Source: Patescibacteria group bacterium (GTDB taxonomy: Bacteria; Patescibacteriota; Patescibacteriia; Magasanikbacterales; GWA2-37-8). From it: DNA of 64,000 nucleotides. The stretch lies in the NCBI GenBank assembly GCA_028688375.1, contig JAQTYG010000002.1, positions 3,841 through 67,840 of the forward strand, given 5' to 3'. A model generated the notes under the pieces. That model was not told the DNA's origin, searched no databases, and saw nothing but the letters and a program-made list of their open reading frames with translations. The position numbers and the translations under genes are program-made. Shown in pieces: positions 18,558 to 27,338 of this stretch (its first letter is position 1; each line of letters starts with the position of its first letter).

Positions 18558-18929
18558 GTTTCCAAGTATCTTATCCAGCCGCTTGCCATTTTGGAAATTT
18601 CTACCAACTGGTTTTCAATATCCAGATATTTATTCGTGTTGATTATATCCAGTTCATTTTCCAGCCGAATCAGCCGCTTTAATATTTCTATTTCAATTTT
18701 TATTTTTCGCAAAATCGGAATTTTTGTCGCGCCGCCGAGCAGGGCGGCTTCAATGGAAAAGCCGAGAATGTCCAGGCCAAACTGTTCTATTTTCAAATGC
18801 AATCCGTGTCTGTCTTTTTTCGGCACGTTTTTGCCGAGGACATAAATATTCCTGTATAACTCCGTTATCTTATGAACAATGGGGATAGAAATTGCGTCGG
18901 GGGGGGGGTTGCTTGATTGTATCGGCCAT
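18545..18929 (-). CDS. avd: DGR accessory variability determinant (Avd, four-helix bundle), frameshifted at a C10 tract as assembled
   Basis: IPIVHKITELYRNIY...PKKDRHGLHLKIE...LKRLIRL...L.II....Y...L.EISKMASGW; ATG 18929 is in frame only if the tract is C9. Confidence 0.8.
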
Positions 18930-19898
18930 AATTTTTTTGATAAAATTATTTCTTTTGGTAATTTATTTCGTGCCTGGCGCGAATTTAAACGCGGGAAGAC
19001 GGGTAAAAACGACGTCAGAAAATTTTATTATTCATTGGAAGATAATTTATTTGAGTTGCGACGTGATTTATTAGAGCACCGCTACCAACCGGACAAGTAT
19101 GGCTTTTTCTATGTCCGCGACCCTAAATTGCGGCCGATTCACAAGGCCTCGGTCCGCGACCGGGTTTTGTTTCAAGCCGTGTTCCGTTTATTGTATCATA
19201 TTTTTGACCGGCATTTTATTTTTGATTCATATTCTTGCCGATTCGGCAAAGGCACGCATGCCGGCGTGTGGCGTTTGGAGCAATTCGTCCGACGGGCGAG
19301 CGCGAATTATTCAAGGCCGGTATTTGCCCTAAAGTGCGATGTGCAAAAATTCTTTTATAGCATTGACCATGATATTTTATTTGATTTGTTAAGGCGAAAG
19401 GTTGGCGACCCCAACACGCTATGGTTGATTGACAAAATAATAGACAGTTTTGAAATTGAACCGGGCAAGGGTCTGCCTCTCGGCAACGTAACCAGCCAGT
19501 TGTTTGCTAATATTTATTTGAATGAATTGGATCAATGGGTGAAACATGTTTTGCGGCGAAAATATTATTTGCGGTATTGCGATGATTTTGTGATTTTGGG
19601 GGATAGTGTCGCTGATTTACGAGCGTTGATTGAACCGGTTAATGATTTTTTAAAAGAAAAATTAAAATTGAACTTGCATCCGCGGAAAGTGGAAATCAGA
19701 AAATTATCGCAGGGGATTGATTTTCTGGGATATGTTGTTTTGTCCCGTCATATTGTACTGCGAACGAAAACAAAAAAGAGAATGTTTAGAAAGGTGGCAA
19801 ATTGTCCGTCAAGCCAGTCGTTGCAGTCGTATTTGGGAATGTTGAAACACGGCAATAATTTCAATCTGTATAATAAGATAAAGCGTTTATTTGGTTAA
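18879..19898 (+). CDS. DGR-class reverse transcriptase
   Basis: DPKLRPI...RDRV, KGTHAG, KCDVQKFF, GLPLGNVTSQLFANIYL, YLRYCDD, GIDFLGY; no maturase or endonuclease domain. Confidence 0.95.
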   Translation: MGIEIASGGGLLDCIGHNFFDKIISFGNLFRAWREFKRGKTGKNDVRKFYYSLEDNLFELRRDLLEHRYQPDKYGFFYVRDPKLRPIHKASVRDRVLFQAVFRLLYHIFDRHFIFDSYSCRFGKGTHAGVWRLEQFVRRASANYSRPVFALKCDVQKFFYSIDHDILFDLLRRKVGDPNTLWLIDKIIDSFEIEPGKGLPLGNVTSQLFANIYLNELDQWVKHVLRRKYYLRYCDDFVILGDSVADLRALIEPVNDFLKEKLKLNLHPRKVEIRKLSQGIDFLGYVVLSRHIVLRTKTKKRMFRKVANCPSSQSLQSYLGMLKHGNNFNLYNKIKRLFG

Positions 19899-20069
19899 AT
19901 GGGCCTATTGACAATAAACTCACAATAGGTTATACTGTTTTCACAATCAGTTAATCAAATCCGGCCCGATTTAGTGGCTGGACCCATGAAGTGCCGCGTG
20001 CGAAGTCGCGAAAGCGACGAAGCTATACGCGGTTACCCAAATGGATAAGCGATTCTTTTTTGTTTTTAT

Positions 20070-21263
20070 ATGTCAGACAACACACAGGACTTCAAGAAGC
20101 TGCTCGAAGAGCATCTGATGAATTTTCCCAAGGTCAACGATATCGTTAAAGGCAAAGTGATTTCTGTGGACAAAGGGGAAATCCGTATTGACGTGGAAAA
20201 TTTAACCACGGCGATTGTGCGCGGGCGCGAAATGTTTTCCGAATCGCGCGAATACGCCGGCCTTAAACCGGGCGACGAAGTGGAAGGCACGGTCATTGAT
20301 TTAGAAAATGAAAACGGTGAAATGGAACTCTCGTTCCGCATTGCCGGTATGCAGAGGGTTTGGGACAATGCCAGAAAGTGGATGTCGCAAGGTTTGACCC
20401 TCAAAGCCAAAATCCTTTCCGCCAACAAAGGCGGTTTGATGATGCAGGTGGGCCCGTTGGCCGGTTTTATGCCGGTCTCGCAACTCAACCCGGATCATTA
20501 TCCGCGAGTGGCCGGTGGCGACAAGAACCGCATTTTGGAAAAATTACTAGAAATGGTCGGCCAGGAGTTTGAAGTGAAAGCGATTGACGTGGATGAGAAA
20601 GAAGAAAAATTAATCGTCTCGGAAAAAGCGGTTTGGGAAGACGCCCAAAAAGCCGTGCTTGAGGCCTACAAAGTGGGCGACATCGTGGAAGGCGAAGTTA
20701 GCGCCATTACTTCCTTCGGCGTGTTCCTGCGCTTCGGCGAGGGGCTGGAGGGCTTGGTGCATATTTCCGAAATCGCCTGGCAGAGAATTGACCACCCGAA
20801 AGATTTGCTCAAAGTGGGCGACAAAGTCCGCGCGCAAATTATTCAGCTGGATCACTCCAAAATTTATCTGTCCATCAAACGATTGGTGGATGACCCGTGG
20901 AAAAAAGTGAAAGATAAATACAAGGTGGGGGAGACGGTGAAAGGCAAAATTTTGAAAGTGGAACCGTTCGGCCTGATGGTCAGCCTGGACAAAGAAATCC
21001 ACGGCCTGGCACACATCTCCGAATTGTCCGACGAGCCGATTGCCAACATTCATGACAAATTCAAAATTGGCGACACTCTGGACTTTGCCGTGGTCTCGCT
21101 CGAGCCGGCCGAACACCGTTTGGGCCTGCGCGTGGCCGGAGTAAAAGGCAAGGCCGCGCGAAAGGCCACCGCCACCGCCACCGCAGAAGCGGGGCAGGCA
21201 GAAGCGGGGCAGGTTGAAGAGAAAAAGGAAGAAACGGTAGCGGAAGAGAAAAAAGAAGAGTAA
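20070..21263 (+). CDS. rpsA: 30S ribosomal protein S1
   Basis: Four S1 repeats; promoter TTGACA(19908)-17-TATACT with structured leader. Confidence 0.92.
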   Translation: MSDNTQDFKKLLEEHLMNFPKVNDIVKGKVISVDKGEIRIDVENLTTAIVRGREMFSESREYAGLKPGDEVEGTVIDLENENGEMELSFRIAGMQRVWDNARKWMSQGLTLKAKILSANKGGLMMQVGPLAGFMPVSQLNPDHYPRVAGGDKNRILEKLLEMVGQEFEVKAIDVDEKEEKLIVSEKAVWEDAQKAVLEAYKVGDIVEGEVSAITSFGVFLRFGEGLEGLVHISEIAWQRIDHPKDLLKVGDKVRAQIIQLDHSKIYLSIKRLVDDPWKKVKDKYKVGETVKGKILKVEPFGLMVSLDKEIHGLAHISELSDEPIANIHDKFKIGDTLDFAVVSLEPAEHRLGLRVAGVKGKAARKATATATAEAGQAEAGQVEEKKEETVAEEKKEE

Positions 21264-21482
21264 TTAAAACAAAAATCCAGCCACCTGTGTGGCTGGATTT
21301 TTGTTTTGTTATCCCGCCCGGTTTTGGCGCTCAAAAACTATTGACAGGCCCGCCGGAATGTGCTATAAGTTGTGTTATAATTGAGGCGTTATTTTTTAAA
21401 TAACAAATCGTCGCTCATTTTATAACTGGGGAAAAGAAAAAGCGAAATCGCCTAAGAGGCGAATTGATAAAAAGGAGAAGAA

Positions 21483-22127
21483 ATGGTGAATAAAAGAAAA
21501 TCGAAATTTCTGGACGCCTCCATTGCTTCGGGCGAAATGTGGAAGATAATTATGGAAGCCGTCATCGCTGAGGGCGGTGGCGACGAACACATCCTGCGGA
21601 TCAAGGAGGACCCGAGCTTGGTTGAGAGATTGGCTAGGGAAATCGTTGGTGTCGACAACAACATCATCGATGCGCTCCGCGTCATGTGCGATTACCGCGT
21701 CCTGACACACGCCGAGCTCAAGTCCGCTTTTGACTTCGTCAATGATATTTATATCCAGGCCGAGTTCAAGGCGATTGACGTTTGCGCGTCTGTTAGTCGC
21801 GAGTGCGGGCTGATCGAAGTCAAATATCTGTGTCTTGGCCGTAAAGCCAGCACCGCCGATGTCCTCGACGAAATGGAGAAAAAAAATCTGCGTCCGTTGA
21901 TTTACGAGGAGGGCGTTGCTTTAGCCAAGGAATGTCCGGATGAGCAGAGAAAGTCCGAGATCGCGATTCTCGGCTCTGTTTGCAAGGACCCCAGCGGAGA
22001 AAGCAACGTAATGGTCCTGCGCGGGAACAACGATGGACGTGATCTGACCGCGCGCTGGGTCAAGAACCGTTGGCGTAGCAGCTGTCGCTTCCCCGCCACC
22101 AGCAAGACCGTGGCCAAGACCGCCTAA
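21483..22127 (+). CDS. hypothetical protein with CLec-like C-terminus resembling CPR DGR-target families
   Basis: Own promoter (21341) and SD; 'LRP..YEE..AL....PDEQRK..IAILGS...G...V..L......RDL...W...W...CRF'. Confidence 0.6.
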   Translation: MVNKRKSKFLDASIASGEMWKIIMEAVIAEGGGDEHILRIKEDPSLVERLAREIVGVDNNIIDALRVMCDYRVLTHAELKSAFDFVNDIYIQAEFKAIDVCASVSRECGLIEVKYLCLGRKASTADVLDEMEKKNLRPLIYEEGVALAKECPDEQRKSEIAILGSVCKDPSGESNVMVLRGNNDGRDLTARWVKNRWRSSCRFPATSKTVAKTA

Positions 22128-22265
22128 GCGGCCTCGCCCCTCTGCCTGTCGGCCCCCCGGGGCTCTCGTTCGTTTCATACTACGGTGTGAACAGCGAGAG
22201 TCCTTTTTTTATCTCGGCTTTGCGCAATATGAAATAAACCTGCTACTATATCCGTATTAACATAT

Positions 22266-22823
22266 ATGGAACAAGAACGGGCACAACTTGTCTCCGATGA
22301 GGATTTGGCCATAAAATCACTGGCCAACGGCGAATTGTTCGCCGAATTGATGCGCCGGTTTGAAGGGCGCCTGCTTTTGTATATTTGTCGCATTTCCGGT
22401 TTTGTGACTGAAGACGCGGAAGACGTGTTGCAGAAAGTGTTTATTAAGGCCTACTTTAATTTGCGCGATTTTGATCGAGGACTGAAGTTTTCTTCCTGGA
22501 TTTACCGCATCGCCAGAAATGAAACCATCAGCGAATGGCGCCGGCGCAAAGCCCGGCCGAGCGTTTATTTGAATGACGAAGATTGGCAAAAAATACAAAG
22601 CGAGTCAGATTTGTTTGAAAATGTTCACCGTAATTTTGATAAAGAAAAAATTTCGGCCGCGCTGGAACAGCTGGACGAAAAATATCGCCAGGCGATTGTT
22701 CTGTATTTTTTTGAACAGAGAAGCTACGAAGAAATCGGCGACATTATTCAAAAGCCGGTTAGCACGGTCGGCACGCTAATCAGCCGGGCGAAAAAACAAC
22801 TAAAAAATATTTTAATTAAATAA
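22266..22823 (+). CDS. ECF RNA polymerase sigma factor
   Basis: DAEDVLQ.VFIKAY, FSSWIYRIARN, SYEEI..I...P.STV.T.ISRAK. Confidence 0.93.
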   Translation: MEQERAQLVSDEDLAIKSLANGELFAELMRRFEGRLLLYICRISGFVTEDAEDVLQKVFIKAYFNLRDFDRGLKFSSWIYRIARNETISEWRRRKARPSVYLNDEDWQKIQSESDLFENVHRNFDKEKISAALEQLDEKYRQAIVLYFFEQRSYEEIGDIIQKPVSTVGTLISRAKKQLKNILIK

Positions 22824-22824
22824 T

Positions 22825-23613
22825 ATGTCCCCAGAAGTCAGCCAGAAAGTTTTGGCCCAAATTCAACACGATAAAATTGAGCCGGTCGGCAAGTGGCGTT
22901 TTGTTTGGCGCCGCCTGTTGTTTTGGTTGTTGGCCGGAGTAGCCGTGGTGTTAGGCGGGTTGTCAGCCGGCACGGCTTATTTCATGCAAGCCAATCAGGA
23001 TTGGGATATCTGGCCCAGATTAACCGACAGTTTTATTACCTTTTTTCTTTTGGTTCTACCGTATTTTTGGATTATTTTATTTGGTATTTTTGTCGTGCTG
23101 GTATATTTAAATTTGCGTCACACCAAATACGGCTATCGTTGGCATTTTTGGCTGATTGCCGGCGGTTATGTTGTTATCACCGCCGTATTGGGCGCGATAT
23201 TTTACCAAGCGGGTTTAGCCGGTAAGATTGAAACTGTTTTGGGCGAGGCTTTGCCTCTTTATCATCATGTTAATTATGGCAGTGGTATTTGGGCCAAGCC
23301 GGAAAGCGGGCTGTTGTCAGGCAGGGTGGTGAGCGTATCTGGCACGGTGTTTATTTTAGAAGATTTAGACGGACAAAAGTGGACGATAGCCAGCGCCGGG
23401 GCAGTCAATATAGATTTAATCGCGCCGGAGGCGCGGCTAAAGATCGTCGGAGAAAAAGCGGAGGCCGGAATTTTTAGGGCCAATGAAATTCGCTCGTGGT
23501 GCGGTTGTGGCGGTTGTTCCGCTGGCCCGTCCGCTGGGGATAGCTGCGCGGGCGGCGCCATCTGCGAGGGCGCGAGTGGCTGTCAGCATGCCGGTTGTTC
23601 AATGATGAAATAA
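22825..23613 (+). CDS. membrane protein (putative anti-sigma) with Cys-rich C-terminal tail
   Basis: Three TM helices, OB-fold-like domain, CGCGGC...C...C...C...C tail; directly after the ECF gene. Confidence 0.65.
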   Translation: MSPEVSQKVLAQIQHDKIEPVGKWRFVWRRLLFWLLAGVAVVLGGLSAGTAYFMQANQDWDIWPRLTDSFITFFLLVLPYFWIILFGIFVVLVYLNLRHTKYGYRWHFWLIAGGYVVITAVLGAIFYQAGLAGKIETVLGEALPLYHHVNYGSGIWAKPESGLLSGRVVSVSGTVFILEDLDGQKWTIASAGAVNIDLIAPEARLKIVGEKAEAGIFRANEIRSWCGCGGCSAGPSAGDSCAGGAICEGASGCQHAGCSMMK

Positions 23614-23674
23614 TTTTTATCGAGCTTGCGTATTAGATTATGAGAGCGCTCGATTAATTCTTTAACCATAAACT

Positions 23675-23977
23675 ATGAAACCATTTTGGTTTATAGGCGG
23701 GATGGCGGTAGCGGCCATTTTGCTCGTCGGTGTCGGCATTGCCGTCGCCGCTACGGGCAATCCGGCGCGCCCACTGGCCATCGCGCCGGTGACGACGGAA
23801 GTAAAAACAGCCTCCGGTTGCGGCTGTAGCATGGGAGCTGCCGGCGCCACTGCCACCGCAGAAGCGGGGCAAGCAAATGCGGGGCAAGGCGGTTGCGGCG
23901 CGGCCGGATGCACCGCCGGGTGCAGCGAATGCCAAGGCAAGTGCGGTGGCGGTTGCAGCGGTGGTTGCGGCAAGTAA
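23675..23977 (+). CDS. small secreted/anchored Cys-Gly-rich protein
   Basis: N-terminal hydrophobic segment; GCGC...GC...GC...GC..C..KC..GC..GC. Confidence 0.65.
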   Translation: MKPFWFIGGMAVAAILLVGVGIAVAATGNPARPLAIAPVTTEVKTASGCGCSMGAAGATATAEAGQANAGQGGCGAAGCTAGCSECQGKCGGGCSGGCGK

Positions 23978-24020
23978 GTAATTAAAAATCCCTCCGATTT
24001 TTTACATCGGAGGGATTTTT

Positions 24021-24230
24021 TTATATTTGCCATTTTCTTACGGCGCTGGAAGTATCGCTGTCGCTCTCGGGTGTTTGGTTTTTCTCCGGCGGCCCATATG
24101 GGTCATCATAGGTTGGTATGGTCGCGCGCTCGCCTTCTTGATTTTGTTTTTTTCTTTCCTTCTCCATTTTTTCTCTGATTACAAGGTCTATCGGTACGTC
24201 TCGGTGATCAAAATCTTTTTTTGGAGCCAT
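24021..24230 (-). CDS. hypothetical protein
   Basis: Tight spacing in a minus-strand run; ends in terminator hairpin at 23983-24021. Confidence 0.5.
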   Translation of the reverse strand: MAPKKDFDHRDVPIDLVIREKMEKERKKQNQEGERATIPTYDDPYGPPEKNQTPESDSDTSSAVRKWQI

Positions 24231-24240
24231 ATAATTTAAA

Positions 24241-24711
24241 TTATTTTATTTCCGTAATCGCCATCAGCCAGCGCCAGACGATTTTTTCATTTTTCTTGCC
24301 GACAAAATGAAACCAGACTTCGTTGAAAAACTCCTTTTTTAATTTATGAATCGCTCGGTTTTCTTCCGGGTTACATAAATAGATGTGCGTTTTATCCAGG
24401 CCGACGACAACCGAATAATGGTCGGAATATTCGCTGAACCAACCGATAATGACCGGCAAATGTTTTTTATTAACCCAGTAATCCAAATCTTTGTCAGTGG
24501 CGGCGGTTTTTACGGATACCTTTGCTCCCAACTGTTTAGCCGTCTTAACCAAATCTTCGTGCTCGGCGCCGTATTTTGCCGAGGCTTTACAGTGGCGAAT
24601 TAATTTGTTTATTTTTTCGTCTTTGCCGAAAAAGGATAACAAAATTTTGAGCGAGTACGGACCGCACATGCCCGGCGTTTGTCTAAAATGTTTTACTTTG
24701 AGCAATTTCAT
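24241..24711 (-). CDS. C39-like cysteine peptidase
   Basis: Q....CGP, HYSVVVG, NP catalytic pattern. Confidence 0.8.
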   Translation of the reverse strand: MKLLKVKHFRQTPGMCGPYSLKILLSFFGKDEKINKLIRHCKASAKYGAEHEDLVKTAKQLGAKVSVKTAATDKDLDYWVNKKHLPVIIGWFSEYSDHYSVVVGLDKTHIYLCNPEENRAIHKLKKEFFNEVWFHFVGKKNEKIVWRWLMAITEIK

Positions 24712-24721
24712 ACCTTATATT

Positions 24722-25288
24722 TTAGTCCTTTAAATATTCGGCCACGCCGTCCTTGCGTCTGGCTTGTTTTTCTCTGGCGCTGGCAAAATCATGCGCGTCG
24801 TTATAACTCAGGCCTTTTTTCATTAAATTTAACTCATAAAGTTCGTGAATTAAAACATATTTTCGTTCCTTTGTCAACATGGCGTCATCCAACCAAATTT
24901 CGTTTTTCGGGACATATTTATATACCAGCCAATGCCCGCCAAAGACAAAATTAAAATCCAGATGTTGGCGCACCAAACGACCGGAGACCAAGTAAATTTT
25001 TACGGCGCCGCGCTGGGATAATAATTTTAGGCGGATTTTTTTCAGATCAATTTTTTTCATTCCACTCAGAAGAATTTTTTTAGCTCGGGCATAGCCGTAT
25101 TTTTTCATTAGCTTTCGTTTTTTTAAAAAAACGGCCGACATTATTTTTTTTTCTTTCAAAAAACCACGGTCAAACCAAATTTCGCCTTTGGGGATGAAGG
25201 GCATGGACAGGCGGTCTTCTATATTGCAAAAATCAATATCAACGGTGTTGCGGATTTTCCAGCCGTCGACGATTTTGAGTTTAGGCAT
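24722..25288 (-). CDS. hypothetical protein, internal duplication, HExxE/H putative metal motif
   Basis: Two repeats V.G..IR...D.DF...P..EIW.D; IHELYE...AH. Confidence 0.6.
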   Translation of the reverse strand: MPKLKIVDGWKIRNTVDIDFCNIEDRLSMPFIPKGEIWFDRGFLKEKKIMSAVFLKKRKLMKKYGYARAKKILLSGMKKIDLKKIRLKLLSQRGAVKIYLVSGRLVRQHLDFNFVFGGHWLVYKYVPKNEIWLDDAMLTKERKYVLIHELYELNLMKKGLSYNDAHDFASAREKQARRKDGVAEYLKD

Positions 25289-25390
25289 AAATAATATGGA
25301 TAAGCCGCTAAAATGGGCTTCGGTCTTGATATTTTTCGTATTTTAGCATAGAATATTGATAATTACCACTATTTAAATGATAACTATTAT

Positions 25391-27214
25391 ATGAAGGACT
25401 TTTTGAAGAATTTTCTCATCGTGTTCTGCGCCCTGCTGATTATCGCCGGTGTCTTGAGTTTTTTTAAGAGCGATCCAGCCAAAGAGCCGGAAATTATCGG
25501 CGTGGCTAAAATGGCGGAAGAGATCAACGCCGGCGCGGTAAAGAAGATTACCGTGGAAGGTGATCTGTTGAAAGTGGACCTCAAAGATGCCGCCGCCAAA
25601 GCGCAGGAAGTAAAAAAAGAACCGACGGAATCATTCGGTGATATTATGAAAAATTACGGCGTAACCGATGAGGCGAGAAAAGCGTTGGAAGTGGAAGTAA
25701 AAAATGAAAGTTCGTGGAAGTTTTGGGCGGCCAATATTATTCCGGCGCTTTTGCCGTTAATTATCATTATCGTTTTCTTTTATTTCATGAGTCGGGGGGT
25801 GCAGGGGATGAACAATAAGGCGATGGGCTTCGGGCAAAGCAACCCGCGCCAGGCCGGCCCGAATGAAAAAGACCAAAAAACATTCGCCAACGTCGCCGGC
25901 GCGACCGAGGCCAAGGTGGAGCTGGAAGAAGTGGTGGAATTTTTGAAAACGCCGAAAAAATTTGCCGATATGGGGGCGAAAATTCCCAAAGGCGTACTGC
26001 TGATGGGCGCGCCGGGCACAGGCAAGACCCTGTTAGCCAAGGCCGTGGCCGGTGAAGCCGGTGTGCCGTTTTTCCACATGTCCGGTTCGGAATTTGTGGA
26101 AATGTTTGTCGGTGTCGGCGCTTCGCGCGTGCGCGATTTGTTCGGTAAAGCGAAAAAGGCCGCCCCGGCCATAGTCTTCATTGATGAGATTGACGCGGTG
26201 GGACGCCGGCGCGGCGCCGGTTTGGGCGGTGGACATGACGAACGCGAGCAAACCCTTAACCAGATCCTGGTGGAAATGGATGGCTTTGAACCGAATATTG
26301 GCGTGATTGTCATTGCCGCCACTAATCGGCCAGACGTGTTAGATCCAGCCCTGCTTCGCCCGGGGCGTTTTGATCGCCGGGTGGTGTTGGATTTGCCGGA
26401 TATTAAAGATAGAGAAGAAATTTTGGCCATCCACGCCGCTGGGAAACCGCTGGCCGAAGAAGTGTCTATCAGGAAAATCGCCGAACGCACTCCGGGTTTT
26501 TCCGGAGCTGATTTGGAAAATCTTTTGAATGAGGCGGCGATTCTTACCGTACGCCGCGGTATGAAAAAAGTCGGCGAAGAAGAAATTTTGGAAAGCATTG
26601 AAAAAGTTTTGCTCGGTCCGGAACGCAAGAGCCGGGTGATTACGGAGAAAGAAAAGAAAATGACGGCTTATCATGAGGCCGGGCATGCCATTGTCGGACA
26701 TTTGTTGCCGAATTGTGATCCGGTGCGTAAGGTTTCCATCATCTCGCGCGGTCAGGCCGGCGGTTATACTTTGAAAATGCCGACCGAGGACAAACACTAT
26801 CACACCCTGGCGGATTTCAAAGATGAACTGGCCATGGCCCTCGGCGGATACGCCGCCGAGATAATGATTTTCGGCGCCGAAGCGATTTCCACCGGCCCAT
26901 CCAATGATTTATTGAACGCCACCAAAATGGCGCGCGATATGGTAACACGTTATGGTATGAGCAAGCTTGGCCCGCGCACTTTTGGCGCGCATGAAGAACT
27001 GATTTTCCTCGGCCGGGAAATACATGAACAGCAGGATTACAGCGACAACACCGCTGAGGCGATTGATAAGGAAGTCAGCGCGATTATCGGCGGGGCTTTG
27101 AAAAAAGCCGAGGACACGCTGAAAGACAACCAGGACAAATTGGAAAAGATGGTGGCGCGTTTGATGGAAAAAGAAACCATCGAGCAGGATGAGATACGAG
27201 AAATTATGTCATAA
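25391..27214 (+). CDS. ftsH: ATP-dependent zinc metalloprotease FtsH
   Basis: Two [26 protein letters not shown]. Confidence 0.98.
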   Translation: MKDFLKNFLIVFCALLIIAGVLSFFKSDPAKEPEIIGVAKMAEEINAGAVKKITVEGDLLKVDLKDAAAKAQEVKKEPTESFGDIMKNYGVTDEARKALEVEVKNESSWKFWAANIIPALLPLIIIIVFFYFMSRGVQGMNNKAMGFGQSNPRQAGPNEKDQKTFANVAGATEAKVELEEVVEFLKTPKKFADMGAKIPKGVLLMGAPGTGKTLLAKAVAGEAGVPFFHMSGSEFVEMFVGVGASRVRDLFGKAKKAAPAIVFIDEIDAVGRRRGAGLGGGHDEREQTLNQILVEMDGFEPNIGVIVIAATNRPDVLDPALLRPGRFDRRVVLDLPDIKDREEILAIHAAGKPLAEEVSIRKIAERTPGFSGADLENLLNEAAILTVRRGMKKVGEEEILESIEKVLLGPERKSRVITEKEKKMTAYHEAGHAIVGHLLPNCDPVRKVSIISRGQAGGYTLKMPTEDKHYHTLADFKDELAMALGGYAAEIMIFGAEAISTGPSNDLLNATKMARDMVTRYGMSKLGPRTFGAHEELIFLGREIHEQQDYSDNTAEAIDKEVSAIIGGALKKAEDTLKDNQDKLEKMVARLMEKETIEQDEIREIMS

Positions 27215-27220
27215 ATAAAG

Positions 27221-27303
27221 CCCCCGACGTCCGCCTTGCTTGCCCGCCCTGGGCGGGGGCGGAGTCGGGGTCCCGACCCCGACCTTGCGTCGGGGCGTCG
27301 GGA
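27221..27303. repeat. GC-rich nested palindrome (CCCGAC/GTCGGG family)
   Basis: CCCCGAC...GTCGGGG-TCCCGAC...GTCGGGA. Confidence 0.6.
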
Positions 27304-27338
27304 GGGATAATGGGATAATTTATTTATTCGTTTTGCAT

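Larger units (their letters stand above)
17411..19898 (+). mobile_element. diversity-generating retroelement (target-VR, hairpin, TR, avd, RT)
   Basis: All canonical components lie within 2.5 kb. Confidence 0.93.

Noticed and set aside
18386-18845. Plus-strand ORFs over TR and avd (18386, 18424, 18447)
   Set aside because: Open frames inherited from TR codon structure or antisense to avd; no SD
18879-19898. RT as group II intron, retron or CRISPR-RT
   Set aside because: No maturase/endonuclease extension or cas1; the GNxTSQ motif plus TR/VR and avd indicate a DGR
27240-27338. N-terminal extension of the GNAT protein
   Set aside because: Translates a palindromic repeat
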